A stretch of DNA of 64,000 bases from contig CACDOC010000001.1 of the NCBI GenBank assembly GCA_902554355.1, forward strand, positions 3,839 to 67,838, given 5' to 3'. Made by a program: the position numbers and the translations under genes. A model generated the notes under the pieces. That model made no database searches, was not told the DNA's origin, and saw only the letters and a program-made list of their open reading frames with translations. This DNA comes from an uncultured SAR86 cluster bacterium. Its GTDB lineage: Bacteria > Pseudomonadota > Gammaproteobacteria > Magnimaribacterales > Magnimaribacteraceae. Below are positions 27,784 through 35,897 of this stretch, in pieces (within the stretch, counting starts at the first letter, position 1; each line of letters starts with the position of its first letter).

Positions 27784-27987
27784 TTTTTCTCCTTAAGAGC
27801 CTATATGATCATAATCCTGCTCAATTATTCAATTATTTTATAGTTTTTATATAGATATATTAATAAAGTTTTGAAATAGAAAAGCATTTTTATTTTATTT
27901 TTAGTGCAAAAAAGGCTATATTTATGTTCGGTAATATTTAATTTATCTAAGTTTTTATTACCTTTACTAACCATTTTGGGGAAAAAT

Positions 27988-30159
27988 ATGAAAATTACTA
28001 AATTGACCTTTGGTCTAATTTCCGGAATTAGCTTATTAGCTTTTCCATTAACTACTTTCGCTGCAGAAAGTGTAGACGGTGAATCTGCTAGCGTAATAGA
28101 AGAAATTACAGTAACAGCAAGAAAGAGAGAAGAAAGCGTATTAGATATACCTGAATCTGTTTCAGCTATTTCTGGTGATGATATAGAAAAACGAGGCATT
28201 AAGGGCTTAGATAAAATAGGTTTAGCTGTACCTAATTTAAACCTTGCTATGAGGACAGATGGATACCCCAATGTCTCCATTAGAGGTATAGGAGCTTTTG
28301 GTTTAACACAAGGTGTTGGTTTTTATCTAGATGATGTTCAATTATTTGCTGATGCTTCTTCAAGATTTGGAGATTTAGAAAGAATAGAGGTTTTAAAAGG
28401 GCCGCAAGGAACACTTTATGGAGGAAGTAATATAGGTGGAGCAGTTAAATTTGTAAGCAAACGCCCTACAATGGGTGAAGATTCTGGAAGAATTAAAGTA
28501 CAAGCTGGTGGTCAAGATTCTAAAGACTATGAACTTTCTGGGAATGTAGCTATTTCTGATAGCTGGGCAATGAGGGTTTTCGCATTTAACAGAGATGATA
28601 AAGGTTTCTTAACTAACCCAAATTCTGGAGGCCAAAATCAACCTGTAGATGTTGGTGCGTATGAAGAAGAAGGTTACAGAATTTCTGTAGCTGGATCACT
28701 TTCAGACACACTTAGTCTTTATGCATCACACAGATCTAATGAGTACAGTGGTCCAGTTAATTTCTGGGCAAGAGAAATGGGATCTCCTGGTGCTTTTGAC
28801 TACAAACATGAATTAGATACAGGAAGAAATCCTACGCATGACAGAGAAACAAACGGTACAACTTTAGAGCTAAATCTAGAAATGGATGGTTTTGACATAA
28901 CCTCCATCAGCTCTTATACAGATACTGAAAGTACTCGTATTACAGATGTAGACCTAACCCCTTTCTGGTTTTTTAACACCTACAGGCCAGAGGAGATGGA
29001 AGTTACAACTCAAGAAATACGTCTAACTTCGACAGGAGATGGTGATTTCCAATGGATAGTGGGTTACTACAATTCCACTTATGAAAATAGAATGAACTCT
29101 TATCTGCATTTCGGGCCTGGTATGGTTTTACCTGATACTGATTTCAAATTGCCGTTTGAACTTAGAGATGAAGAAAATACCCATAGTGCTTTCTTCGGTA
29201 ATATCTCTTACGAAATGGGTGACTGGAAGTATGATTTTGGTGTAAGAGTAGATAACTGGGAAGAAAATGAAGATAATCTTGATGCCGATACTAATGGTGG
29301 TATTCACTCTTCGAAAACAGACGATACTGAAACACTACCAAGATTGTCTATAACTAGAAATCTTGAAGATGGAATTGTTTATCTAACTTCTTCAAAAGGT
29401 TATGAGCCTGGCGGTTTAAATGGAAGTGTTCCTTACACTGACGCTAGTGGCAATAGGTTGCTTCAACCTTTTGGTATTGAAGAAGCTACTCAGCATGAAC
29501 TAGGTTGGAAAGGTTCAGCTTTTGGAGGAAGAGGAACCGCTTCTGTAGCTATCTTCCAAATAGATTACACTGATAGAGCTTTCCAAGTACTAGCTCCTAA
29601 TCCAGCTGGCCCAGGTTTAATTGAGTACGTTGCTAATATAGGTGACACAGACCAAAGTGGTATTGAATTTGAATTGGCAATGCAAGTAACTGACTTCCTT
29701 CAATTTTCACTTGCTGGTGGTTGGCTAAGTGCTGATTGGAAAGATCCTACTGTACTTGCTGATGGCACAGTTTTAACAGGAAGAACACCTTCTAACGTTA
29801 TTGAGAATAGCATGTTATTAGGAGTGAATTACGCTAGACCCCTTTCAAACGGTGCTGACTTAACTTTTGATCTTCAATGGAGTCATCAAGGACAAGGTGA
29901 AAGTATGCCTCCAGCAAATCCTATTACTAACCCAAGCTATGGGGTTGTTAATCTTCAGTTTGGTTACAGCAACGGGCCTTGGGATTTAGTAATTAGTGTA
30001 GATAACCTTTTAGATGAGGACTATTACACGGATCTTGAGAATTTCCCAAATTTTGGACTTGACTCACCAGATTTTGGTGGCACAGGTCCAGCTACAATTG
30101 TTATAGGAACTTTTGGTCAGCCTAAGATTGCTCAAGCGAGCTTGACTTATAATTTCTAA
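27988..30159 (+). CDS. TonB-dependent receptor
   Basis: Start placed at ATG 27988 (MKITKLTFGLISGISLLAFPLTTFA signal peptide). Plug-domain block IEVLKGPQGTLYGGSNIGGAVKF, a long beta-barrel, and a terminal ...ASLTYNF. Confidence 0.85.
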   Translation: MKITKLTFGLISGISLLAFPLTTFAAESVDGESASVIEEITVTARKREESVLDIPESVSAISGDDIEKRGIKGLDKIGLAVPNLNLAMRTDGYPNVSIRGIGAFGLTQGVGFYLDDVQLFADASSRFGDLERIEVLKGPQGTLYGGSNIGGAVKFVSKRPTMGEDSGRIKVQAGGQDSKDYELSGNVAISDSWAMRVFAFNRDDKGFLTNPNSGGQNQPVDVGAYEEEGYRISVAGSLSDTLSLYASHRSNEYSGPVNFWAREMGSPGAFDYKHELDTGRNPTHDRETNGTTLELNLEMDGFDITSISSYTDTESTRITDVDLTPFWFFNTYRPEEMEVTTQEIRLTSTGDGDFQWIVGYYNSTYENRMNSYLHFGPGMVLPDTDFKLPFELRDEENTHSAFFGNISYEMGDWKYDFGVRVDNWEENEDNLDADTNGGIHSSKTDDTETLPRLSITRNLEDGIVYLTSSKGYEPGGLNGSVPYTDASGNRLLQPFGIEEATQHELGWKGSAFGGRGTASVAIFQIDYTDRAFQVLAPNPAGPGLIEYVANIGDTDQSGIEFELAMQVTDFLQFSLAGGWLSADWKDPTVLADGTVLTGRTPSNVIENSMLLGVNYARPLSNGADLTFDLQWSHQGQGESMPPANPITNPSYGVVNLQFGYSNGPWDLVISVDNLLDEDYYTDLENFPNFGLDSPDFGGTGPATIVIGTFGQPKIAQASLTYNF

Positions 30160-30172
30160 TTAGGAGAAGAGA

Positions 30173-31234
30173 ATGGTAGCAAACCCTGAATATAACCCAA
30201 GTGGAGTTGGTGACTGTATAGACACTAACAAATTACCATGGATACCTGTACCGAATGCTCCAGGCATGTCTATCAAGCCAGCTAGAGCTAGTGGTGAAAG
30301 TGGTATTTTTAGTCTTATATTTAAACTAGAAGCAGGAAGCTCTCTTCCCGCTTCTGTTTATCTTGGAGGAATGGATATGCTTATTCTGTCTGGAAAGGCA
30401 GAATACAACCAAGAAGATTCCAAAAGTGTTCTAAATCCTGGAACTTGGGGATTTGTTTGTGCTAATTCAAGAGTTAATTCTTTTTTAGCTATTGAAGACA
30501 CTGAGGTTTTAGCTAATTTTTATAGCGGTGTAGCTTTCTTAAAAGAAGACGGATCTCTAGACTCTTTATTGACAGCTCTTGATGTAATGCAAATGGCTAA
30601 AGACCATAAAATTATACTTGTTCCTAATTCTTTAGAGGCTTGCATGGAAATTGAAGGTGAACAGTACAAAGGTAATGGAGAGCCTTTGGCTATAGCTAGT
30701 GGTAATGCAGGTAAACTTGTTAATGATGACGCAGACATTACTAAAAACTCTGAAGTAACACATCCTCACTTTGTTGATACAAAACAAGTGCCCTGGTTAG
30801 TTTTACCTGGAATGGAAGATGTTGGACTTAAGATACTAAGAGTTAGTCAAGAAACGGGCTATGTTTCGTTAATTGTTAGACATAATGGAGTTGCTGATCC
30901 GCATACTCACGTTGGTGCCAGCGATTTCTTAGTATTACAAGGGCAGCTTGGAGTAAGAGCAGGACCTCCAGAAGGTTATGGACCAGGGATATGGTTCTAT
31001 GAACCTGCAGGCGCAAGACATGATGCAACTCAAAGAGTCACTGATGAAGATCTAATTTATACTGCGAACCTTTATGGTCCTGTTATGTTCGATTCAGGTC
31101 CAGGTACGCAAATAGAATCTCTATTATCTTGGGTTGAATACAAAGGGATGGCAGAAGCAAATGGAATAAAGTTAGTACCAAGCACTAGACCTGATGATTC
31201 TAGTTTATTAGCTTGGGCTCCTTTGCAATCTTAG
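30173..31234 (+). CDS. bicupin protein (ChrR-like cupin type)
   Basis: 353 aa with two W(I/L)P...PG...K repeats. The C-terminal cupin keeps its metal ligands (PHTHVGASDFLVLQG ... ARHDA), while the N-terminal copy lacks them (PASVYLGGMDMLILSG). GGAGAAG RBS; 13 nt after the TBDR stop. Confidence 0.55.
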   Translation: MVANPEYNPSGVGDCIDTNKLPWIPVPNAPGMSIKPARASGESGIFSLIFKLEAGSSLPASVYLGGMDMLILSGKAEYNQEDSKSVLNPGTWGFVCANSRVNSFLAIEDTEVLANFYSGVAFLKEDGSLDSLLTALDVMQMAKDHKIILVPNSLEACMEIEGEQYKGNGEPLAIASGNAGKLVNDDADITKNSEVTHPHFVDTKQVPWLVLPGMEDVGLKILRVSQETGYVSLIVRHNGVADPHTHVGASDFLVLQGQLGVRAGPPEGYGPGIWFYEPAGARHDATQRVTDEDLIYTANLYGPVMFDSGPGTQIESLLSWVEYKGMAEANGIKLVPSTRPDDSSLLAWAPLQS

Positions 31235-31270
31235 TTTTGTAGTAAACCTCAAAACAGGCCATAATAAAGT

Positions 31271-32584
31271 ATGGACGCTGAGTTTGTTTTAAAGAATGCC
31301 TCTATAATAGAAGGCAGTGGATTGCCCCCTTATAAGGGGCATATTCACATAGAAGATGGCGAAATTAAGGCTATTCACAAAGAAAGTTCTAAGCTTCCTA
31401 AAAAAAAGATACAAATTATAGACCTAAAAGGTCAGACAGTTATGCCTGGCTTAATCGACGCACATTGTCATATAAGCTTTGATGAACCAGTTTCAAATGA
31501 CGAGCTATTTTTCCACAGAAGAGAAGGTCTCGCTTCTATTATCGCTGGAACGAATGCCCTAAAAGTACTTCAATCAGGCGTTACGAGTTTTTTTGATGCA
31601 GACAGTCTATATAGTGTTGGAGTTGACTTAAGAGATGCAATAGAAAGCGGAATTATTCCTGGCCCTAGAATGGCTGTGGGAGGTAATGCTTTAATTACTT
31701 CTGCTGGTGGTACAGCTGGAAGATTAATTCCCGATGAAGGTAAAAGAGGCTACGGAGCGGTTGTAACAAGTAGAGATGAAATTGTCCTTGAAATAAGAAG
31801 ACAAATCAAAATGGGGGTTGATTGGATAAAAATCCATGTAACGGGAATGGTCCCTAGACAAGAATATGAAGGCGAATTGCAAGCTTGGAGCAGAGATGAA
31901 CTCAAGTTAGCTTGTGATACAGCTCACGAATTAGGAATACCAGTTGTAGGGCATTGTAGAGGTGGTCCAAGCTTAAAAGATGCTATGTTAGCTGGCATGG
32001 ATATGATTCTTCATGGAACTTACATGGATGAAGAAGGGCTGGAATTAATGGTAGAGAAGAATGTCCCTTTAGTTCCTACATTTACATTCCAAGCCAATTT
32101 AATTGATTATGCAGATGAAATGAATGCCTCAAAAGATTATAAGGCTATATTTGAAAAAGAGATCGATGACAATATAGATATATTTAGAAAAGCTTTTGAT
32201 GCAGGAGTCCCTTTTATTTGCGGAAGCGAAAGCGGATTTTCCGTAACACCTTATGGAGATTGGCATTACAAAGAGTTAGAAGTTTTTGTCGATAAACTCG
32301 AAATGACACCACTCGAAGCTATAACTTGTGCAACTAAAAATGCTGCAAAAGCTATGAGAAAAGAAAATTTATTAGGTTTGATTTCTCCAGGATATAAAGC
32401 TGACTTATTGGTAATTGATGGTGATCCTTCCAAGGATGTAAGTATTTTAGGAAAAAAAGAATTGATTAAATTCGTTATTCTAGATGGTAAAGAAGTTGAT
32501 TTAACGCCTGCCCCTGAAAGAATAAAGGATCCTGATGGGTGGCGTATTTCTTCTTATTCTGGAAAGATACTTAAAAAAAAATAA
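31271..32584 (+). CDS. metal-dependent amidohydrolase (amidohydrolase-1 superfamily)
   Basis: 437 aa. Contains PGLIDAHCHI (HxH), later HVTG and GHCRGG blocks, and a C-terminal ADLLVIDGDP. Confidence 0.75.
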   Translation: MDAEFVLKNASIIEGSGLPPYKGHIHIEDGEIKAIHKESSKLPKKKIQIIDLKGQTVMPGLIDAHCHISFDEPVSNDELFFHRREGLASIIAGTNALKVLQSGVTSFFDADSLYSVGVDLRDAIESGIIPGPRMAVGGNALITSAGGTAGRLIPDEGKRGYGAVVTSRDEIVLEIRRQIKMGVDWIKIHVTGMVPRQEYEGELQAWSRDELKLACDTAHELGIPVVGHCRGGPSLKDAMLAGMDMILHGTYMDEEGLELMVEKNVPLVPTFTFQANLIDYADEMNASKDYKAIFEKEIDDNIDIFRKAFDAGVPFICGSESGFSVTPYGDWHYKELEVFVDKLEMTPLEAITCATKNAAKAMRKENLLGLISPGYKADLLVIDGDPSKDVSILGKKELIKFVILDGKEVDLTPAPERIKDPDGWRISSYSGKILKKK

Positions 32585-32614
32585 ACTCTTAACAACCTAC
32601 AATACTTTCTTGAA

Positions 32615-33922
32615 ATGAGGAGTTATCCAGAAAAGAAACATAGTTATTCTACTGTTGCGATTCTTACTTTAGCTCAAGTATTTGCTTTTATAGATAGACA
32701 AATCCCTTCTATGCTTGTGGAACCCATCAAGCAAGATTTTAATCTGACCGATTCACAAATTGCTTTGTTGGGAGGTGCGGCATTTTCAATTTTTTATGCA
32801 ATTATGGCTCTTCCGATAGGATATGCGGTCGACCGCTATCAGAGAACTAAGGTTCTAGGTACTGGAATATTTTTATGGTCTTTAATGACAGCATTGGCAG
32901 GTTTAGCAAACTCTTTCGGTAAACTCTTTGGTGCCAGAATAGGAGTTGCGGTTGGAGAAGCTGTAATGGCCCCTACAAGCGTATCCTTGATTAGCGATTC
33001 TTTTCCTGAAAATAAACAAGGTAAACCTATGGGAATTATTACTTCGGGAGTCTACATAGGAATAGGTATTACTCTACTAGGAGGTGGTTTCTTAATTGAT
33101 TATTTGACAGAACTAGGTGGTATAACTCTTCCGTTGATAGGCTATTTAAAGCCATGGCAAGCAACTTTTATGATAGTAGGTATACCTGGTTTAATTCTGG
33201 CTTTAGCAGCATTTCTTTTAAAGGAACCTAAAAGGATAGAAGAAAAAGTAAATTTTGATATAGGGTCCGATAAAAAAAATATTTTTCTTCATCTTAAAGA
33301 GCATAAAAATGCTTTAATTCCAATGTTTGGGGGGTTAATTTTTATGGCTCTTATTTTTTATTCTTTTAGCTTTTGGGCACCGACTATGATGATAAGGGCA
33401 TTCGATATTTCTTTATCTGAAGTTGGTCTGATACTTGGTGTAATTACAATAATTAGCTCAATAATTGGAACAATCCTTGCAGGCACAGCAGTGGATTATC
33501 TGCGTAATAAAAATTACTCTGATGCACCAGTAAGGGCAGCAATGATTGCTGTAATGTTAGCCTTGCCACCAATTGTTTCCCTTTCATTTATTAACAGCGA
33601 AATTGGAGCTTGGGTATGCATAGCCTTATATCTTCTTTTTATAAGTTCTTTTGCTCCTTTGGGTCTTTTGGCTATAAGCGGAGTAAGTACGGGGAATGTT
33701 AAGGGCCAGGCAGCGGCTATACATGCCTTTCTAATGATGGCTTTTGGTTTAAGTCTAGGACCACAATTAACTGCTTTCTTTACAGATTTTATCTTTGCTG
33801 ATCCTAACTTATTGATATATTCAATTTCCTTATCTGGCTTAGTAGTTCTTCCTATTTCAGCTCTATTTTTTAAAATATCTTTACCAAGATATAGAGAATC
33901 TTCTCAAAAGATTCTAGCCTAG
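32615..33922 (+). CDS. MFS transporter
   Basis: 435 aa with about 12 TM segments and the loop motif GYAVDRYQRTKVL. Confidence 0.8.
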   Translation: MRSYPEKKHSYSTVAILTLAQVFAFIDRQIPSMLVEPIKQDFNLTDSQIALLGGAAFSIFYAIMALPIGYAVDRYQRTKVLGTGIFLWSLMTALAGLANSFGKLFGARIGVAVGEAVMAPTSVSLISDSFPENKQGKPMGIITSGVYIGIGITLLGGGFLIDYLTELGGITLPLIGYLKPWQATFMIVGIPGLILALAAFLLKEPKRIEEKVNFDIGSDKKNIFLHLKEHKNALIPMFGGLIFMALIFYSFSFWAPTMMIRAFDISLSEVGLILGVITIISSIIGTILAGTAVDYLRNKNYSDAPVRAAMIAVMLALPPIVSLSFINSEIGAWVCIALYLLFISSFAPLGLLAISGVSTGNVKGQAAAIHAFLMMAFGLSLGPQLTAFFTDFIFADPNLLIYSISLSGLVVLPISALFFKISLPRYRESSQKILA

Positions 33923-33933
33923 TCCCTTCTCTT

Positions 33934-35541
33934 TTATTTATTAGATAGATCGAAGATAAAACCCTGATAATTATTTGAAGTAATTTCTTCAAGTTTTTCT
34001 GTGTAAACTGGAACGCCTATAAAAGGCAGGAAGGCGTTTGCTTTATCTGCTATGTTTGATCCGTTGTACCAAGATTCTGTGGATTTAAAAATCGTCATGC
34101 CAGCAATCTCATTCACTAATTCCATCCACTCTTCCTCCGCTGCAATAGAAGACTCAATTACATTTTTATTATTGTCTATCATCCAGCCAATACAGTCAGC
34201 GATCCAATTAACATGTTGCTCTATAGATGGCATCATATTTGATAGTACTGATGGACTACCAGGCCCCGTAATGGTAAAAAGATTAGGAAAATTGCTAACA
34301 CCCAAGCCTAGATAAGATTTTGCACCCTTTTCCCATTGATCTCTCAAGACAATTCCATTTCTGCCAACTATATCTAAACTTGTCAAAGCTCCTGTCATAG
34401 CGTCAAATCCAGTAGCTAAGATTAAAGTATCTATCTCATATTCTTGATCAGCCTCTATACTACATTCCCCTATTCTCTTAATTGGACTAGCAGTTAAATC
34501 AATTAAATGAACGTTCTCTTGATTAAAAGTTTCAAAATAACCAGTGTCTACACAAAGCCTTTTCCCTCCTATGTGGTATTTAGGGCATAATTTATCTGCC
34601 GTTTCAGGATCTTTAACTATTTCTTTAATTTTATTCCTAACAAAACTAGCTGCTACTTCATTTGCGTTAGCGTCTACTGGAACATCTGCGTAACCACCAA
34701 AAAAGCCTAAACCATTATTCTTCCAATTTTCTTCTAACTGATTATTTACTTCATCAATATCTGACTCAGCAATAAGTGCTTCATCCGAAATGCCAGCAAT
34801 TCCAAATCCATTTGACCAATTTTCTTTTCTAAACTCCGTATACCTTGATTTAATATCTGCCTCAACTTCTTTGTCCATTGGTCCATTGTTAGAAGGAATT
34901 GAATAATTAGGAGTTCTTTGAAACACATAAAGATTTTGTACTTCTTTTGCGATCTCAGGGATAGTTTGAATGGAAGAAGAGCCTGTACCAATAATAGCTA
35001 CATTCTTGTCAGAAAGATCTACTTCCTCTCTAGGCCAATAAGATGTAGATAATAGTTGACCTTCAAATTTATCAAGACCTTCTATATCTGGTTTGTTGGG
35101 AACAGATAGACAGCCTGTAGCAAAGATACAGAACTTGGATTCATAATTTCCTTTGTTAGTTTTAATATTCCAAAGCGAAGACTCTTCATTGAATTTAGCT
35201 TCAAGAACTTCTTCTTCAAAATTTATATCTTTTCTTAGATCAAACCTATCTGCTACATGATTCAAATACTCTAGAATTTCAGGCTGAGCAGAATATTTTT
35301 CACTCCAATTCCAATCTTGTTGAAGTTCTTCATCAAATTGATAGGAATATTCAAGTGAAGGTATATCACATCTTGCTCCAGGATATCTATTCCAATTCCA
35401 TGTGCCTCCAAGTTCATCAGATTTTTCAAGCACAACGATTTTTAATCCCATGTTTCTAAGTTTATGCAGCATGTAAATTCCTGCTACACCTGCTCCTACT
35501 ATCACGACATCAGGGCTTGTTAACGTTTTACTTTGATCCAT
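33934..35541 (-). CDS. type I Baeyer-Villiger (flavin/NADPH) monooxygenase
   Basis: 535 aa. Contains GAGVAGIY, the BVMO motif GGTWNWNRYPGARCD, a second Rossmann GTGSSS, and the fingerprint FEGQLLSTSYWP (the usual His is Ser). Confidence 0.85.
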   Translation of the reverse strand: MDQSKTLTSPDVVIVGAGVAGIYMLHKLRNMGLKIVVLEKSDELGGTWNWNRYPGARCDIPSLEYSYQFDEELQQDWNWSEKYSAQPEILEYLNHVADRFDLRKDINFEEEVLEAKFNEESSLWNIKTNKGNYESKFCIFATGCLSVPNKPDIEGLDKFEGQLLSTSYWPREEVDLSDKNVAIIGTGSSSIQTIPEIAKEVQNLYVFQRTPNYSIPSNNGPMDKEVEADIKSRYTEFRKENWSNGFGIAGISDEALIAESDIDEVNNQLEENWKNNGLGFFGGYADVPVDANANEVAASFVRNKIKEIVKDPETADKLCPKYHIGGKRLCVDTGYFETFNQENVHLIDLTASPIKRIGECSIEADQEYEIDTLILATGFDAMTGALTSLDIVGRNGIVLRDQWEKGAKSYLGLGVSNFPNLFTITGPGSPSVLSNMMPSIEQHVNWIADCIGWMIDNNKNVIESSIAAEEEWMELVNEIAGMTIFKSTESWYNGSNIADKANAFLPFIGVPVYTEKLEEITSNNYQGFIFDLSNK

Positions 35542-35615
35542 ATTTTTTACCTTAATCTAATAGAATAAATTATCTATTTCAAAATTTGTACTATAAATTT
35601 TTAGTTTGTGAATTT

Positions 35616-35780
35616 TTAATTATTAGAATGAAATTCAGATCTCAAAATTAAATAATGAGCTAGAGCAGTAGACTCTATTCCGGAAGATCTTTCTTTTGCT
35701 TTTCTCATTAATTCTTCATCAACAAAATCGTTAGATAGCTCAGCTAAAACAATCCCTACATGTAACCTATTTGCTTTCAT
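35616..35780 (-). CDS. possible 54-aa ORF (speculative ribbon-helix-helix-like)
   Basis: Own translation (below the ORF-track cutoff): MKANRLHVGIVLAELSNDFVDEELMRKAKERSSGIESTALAHYLILRSEFHSNN. It sits in the largest non-coding gap. No clear RBS. Confidence 0.2.
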   Translation of the reverse strand: MKANRLHVGIVLAELSNDFVDEELMRKAKERSSGIESTALAHYLILRSEFHSNN

Positions 35781-35897
35781 TACTTTTAATAAATATTCCT
35801 TTGCCTAACAAAATCTTATTGGTAATATTCAATGCACTAAATTAACAAGAAGTTAAAACATTTAAGAGCTTAAATAAAGCGTTAATATAAACATGTT

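Noticed and set aside
27784-27987. Fur box or riboswitch in the 204-nt leader of the TonB-dependent receptor (AATTATTCAATTATTTT)
   Set aside because: The region is almost pure A/T, so weak hexamer matches are expected. There is no palindrome comparable to 11635-11647, and I see no conserved riboswitch core such as a B12 box or a TPP motif.
27825-28280. 151-aa minus-strand ORF, plus the long N-terminal extension (from 27904) of the TonB-dependent receptor ORF
   Set aside because: The minus-strand ORF is antisense to the receptor's 5' end and the AT-rich spacer, and its sequence is low-complexity. The receptor has a textbook signal peptide starting at ATG 27988, so both the upstream extension and the antisense ORF are artefacts.
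32573-32581. A9 run at the 3' end of the amidohydrolase gene (ATA CTT AAA AAA AAA TAA)
   Set aside because: It sits immediately before the natural stop codon, so slippage would change at most the last residues. It is most likely just a Lys-rich tail in AT-rich DNA, unlike the mid-gene dnaX tract.
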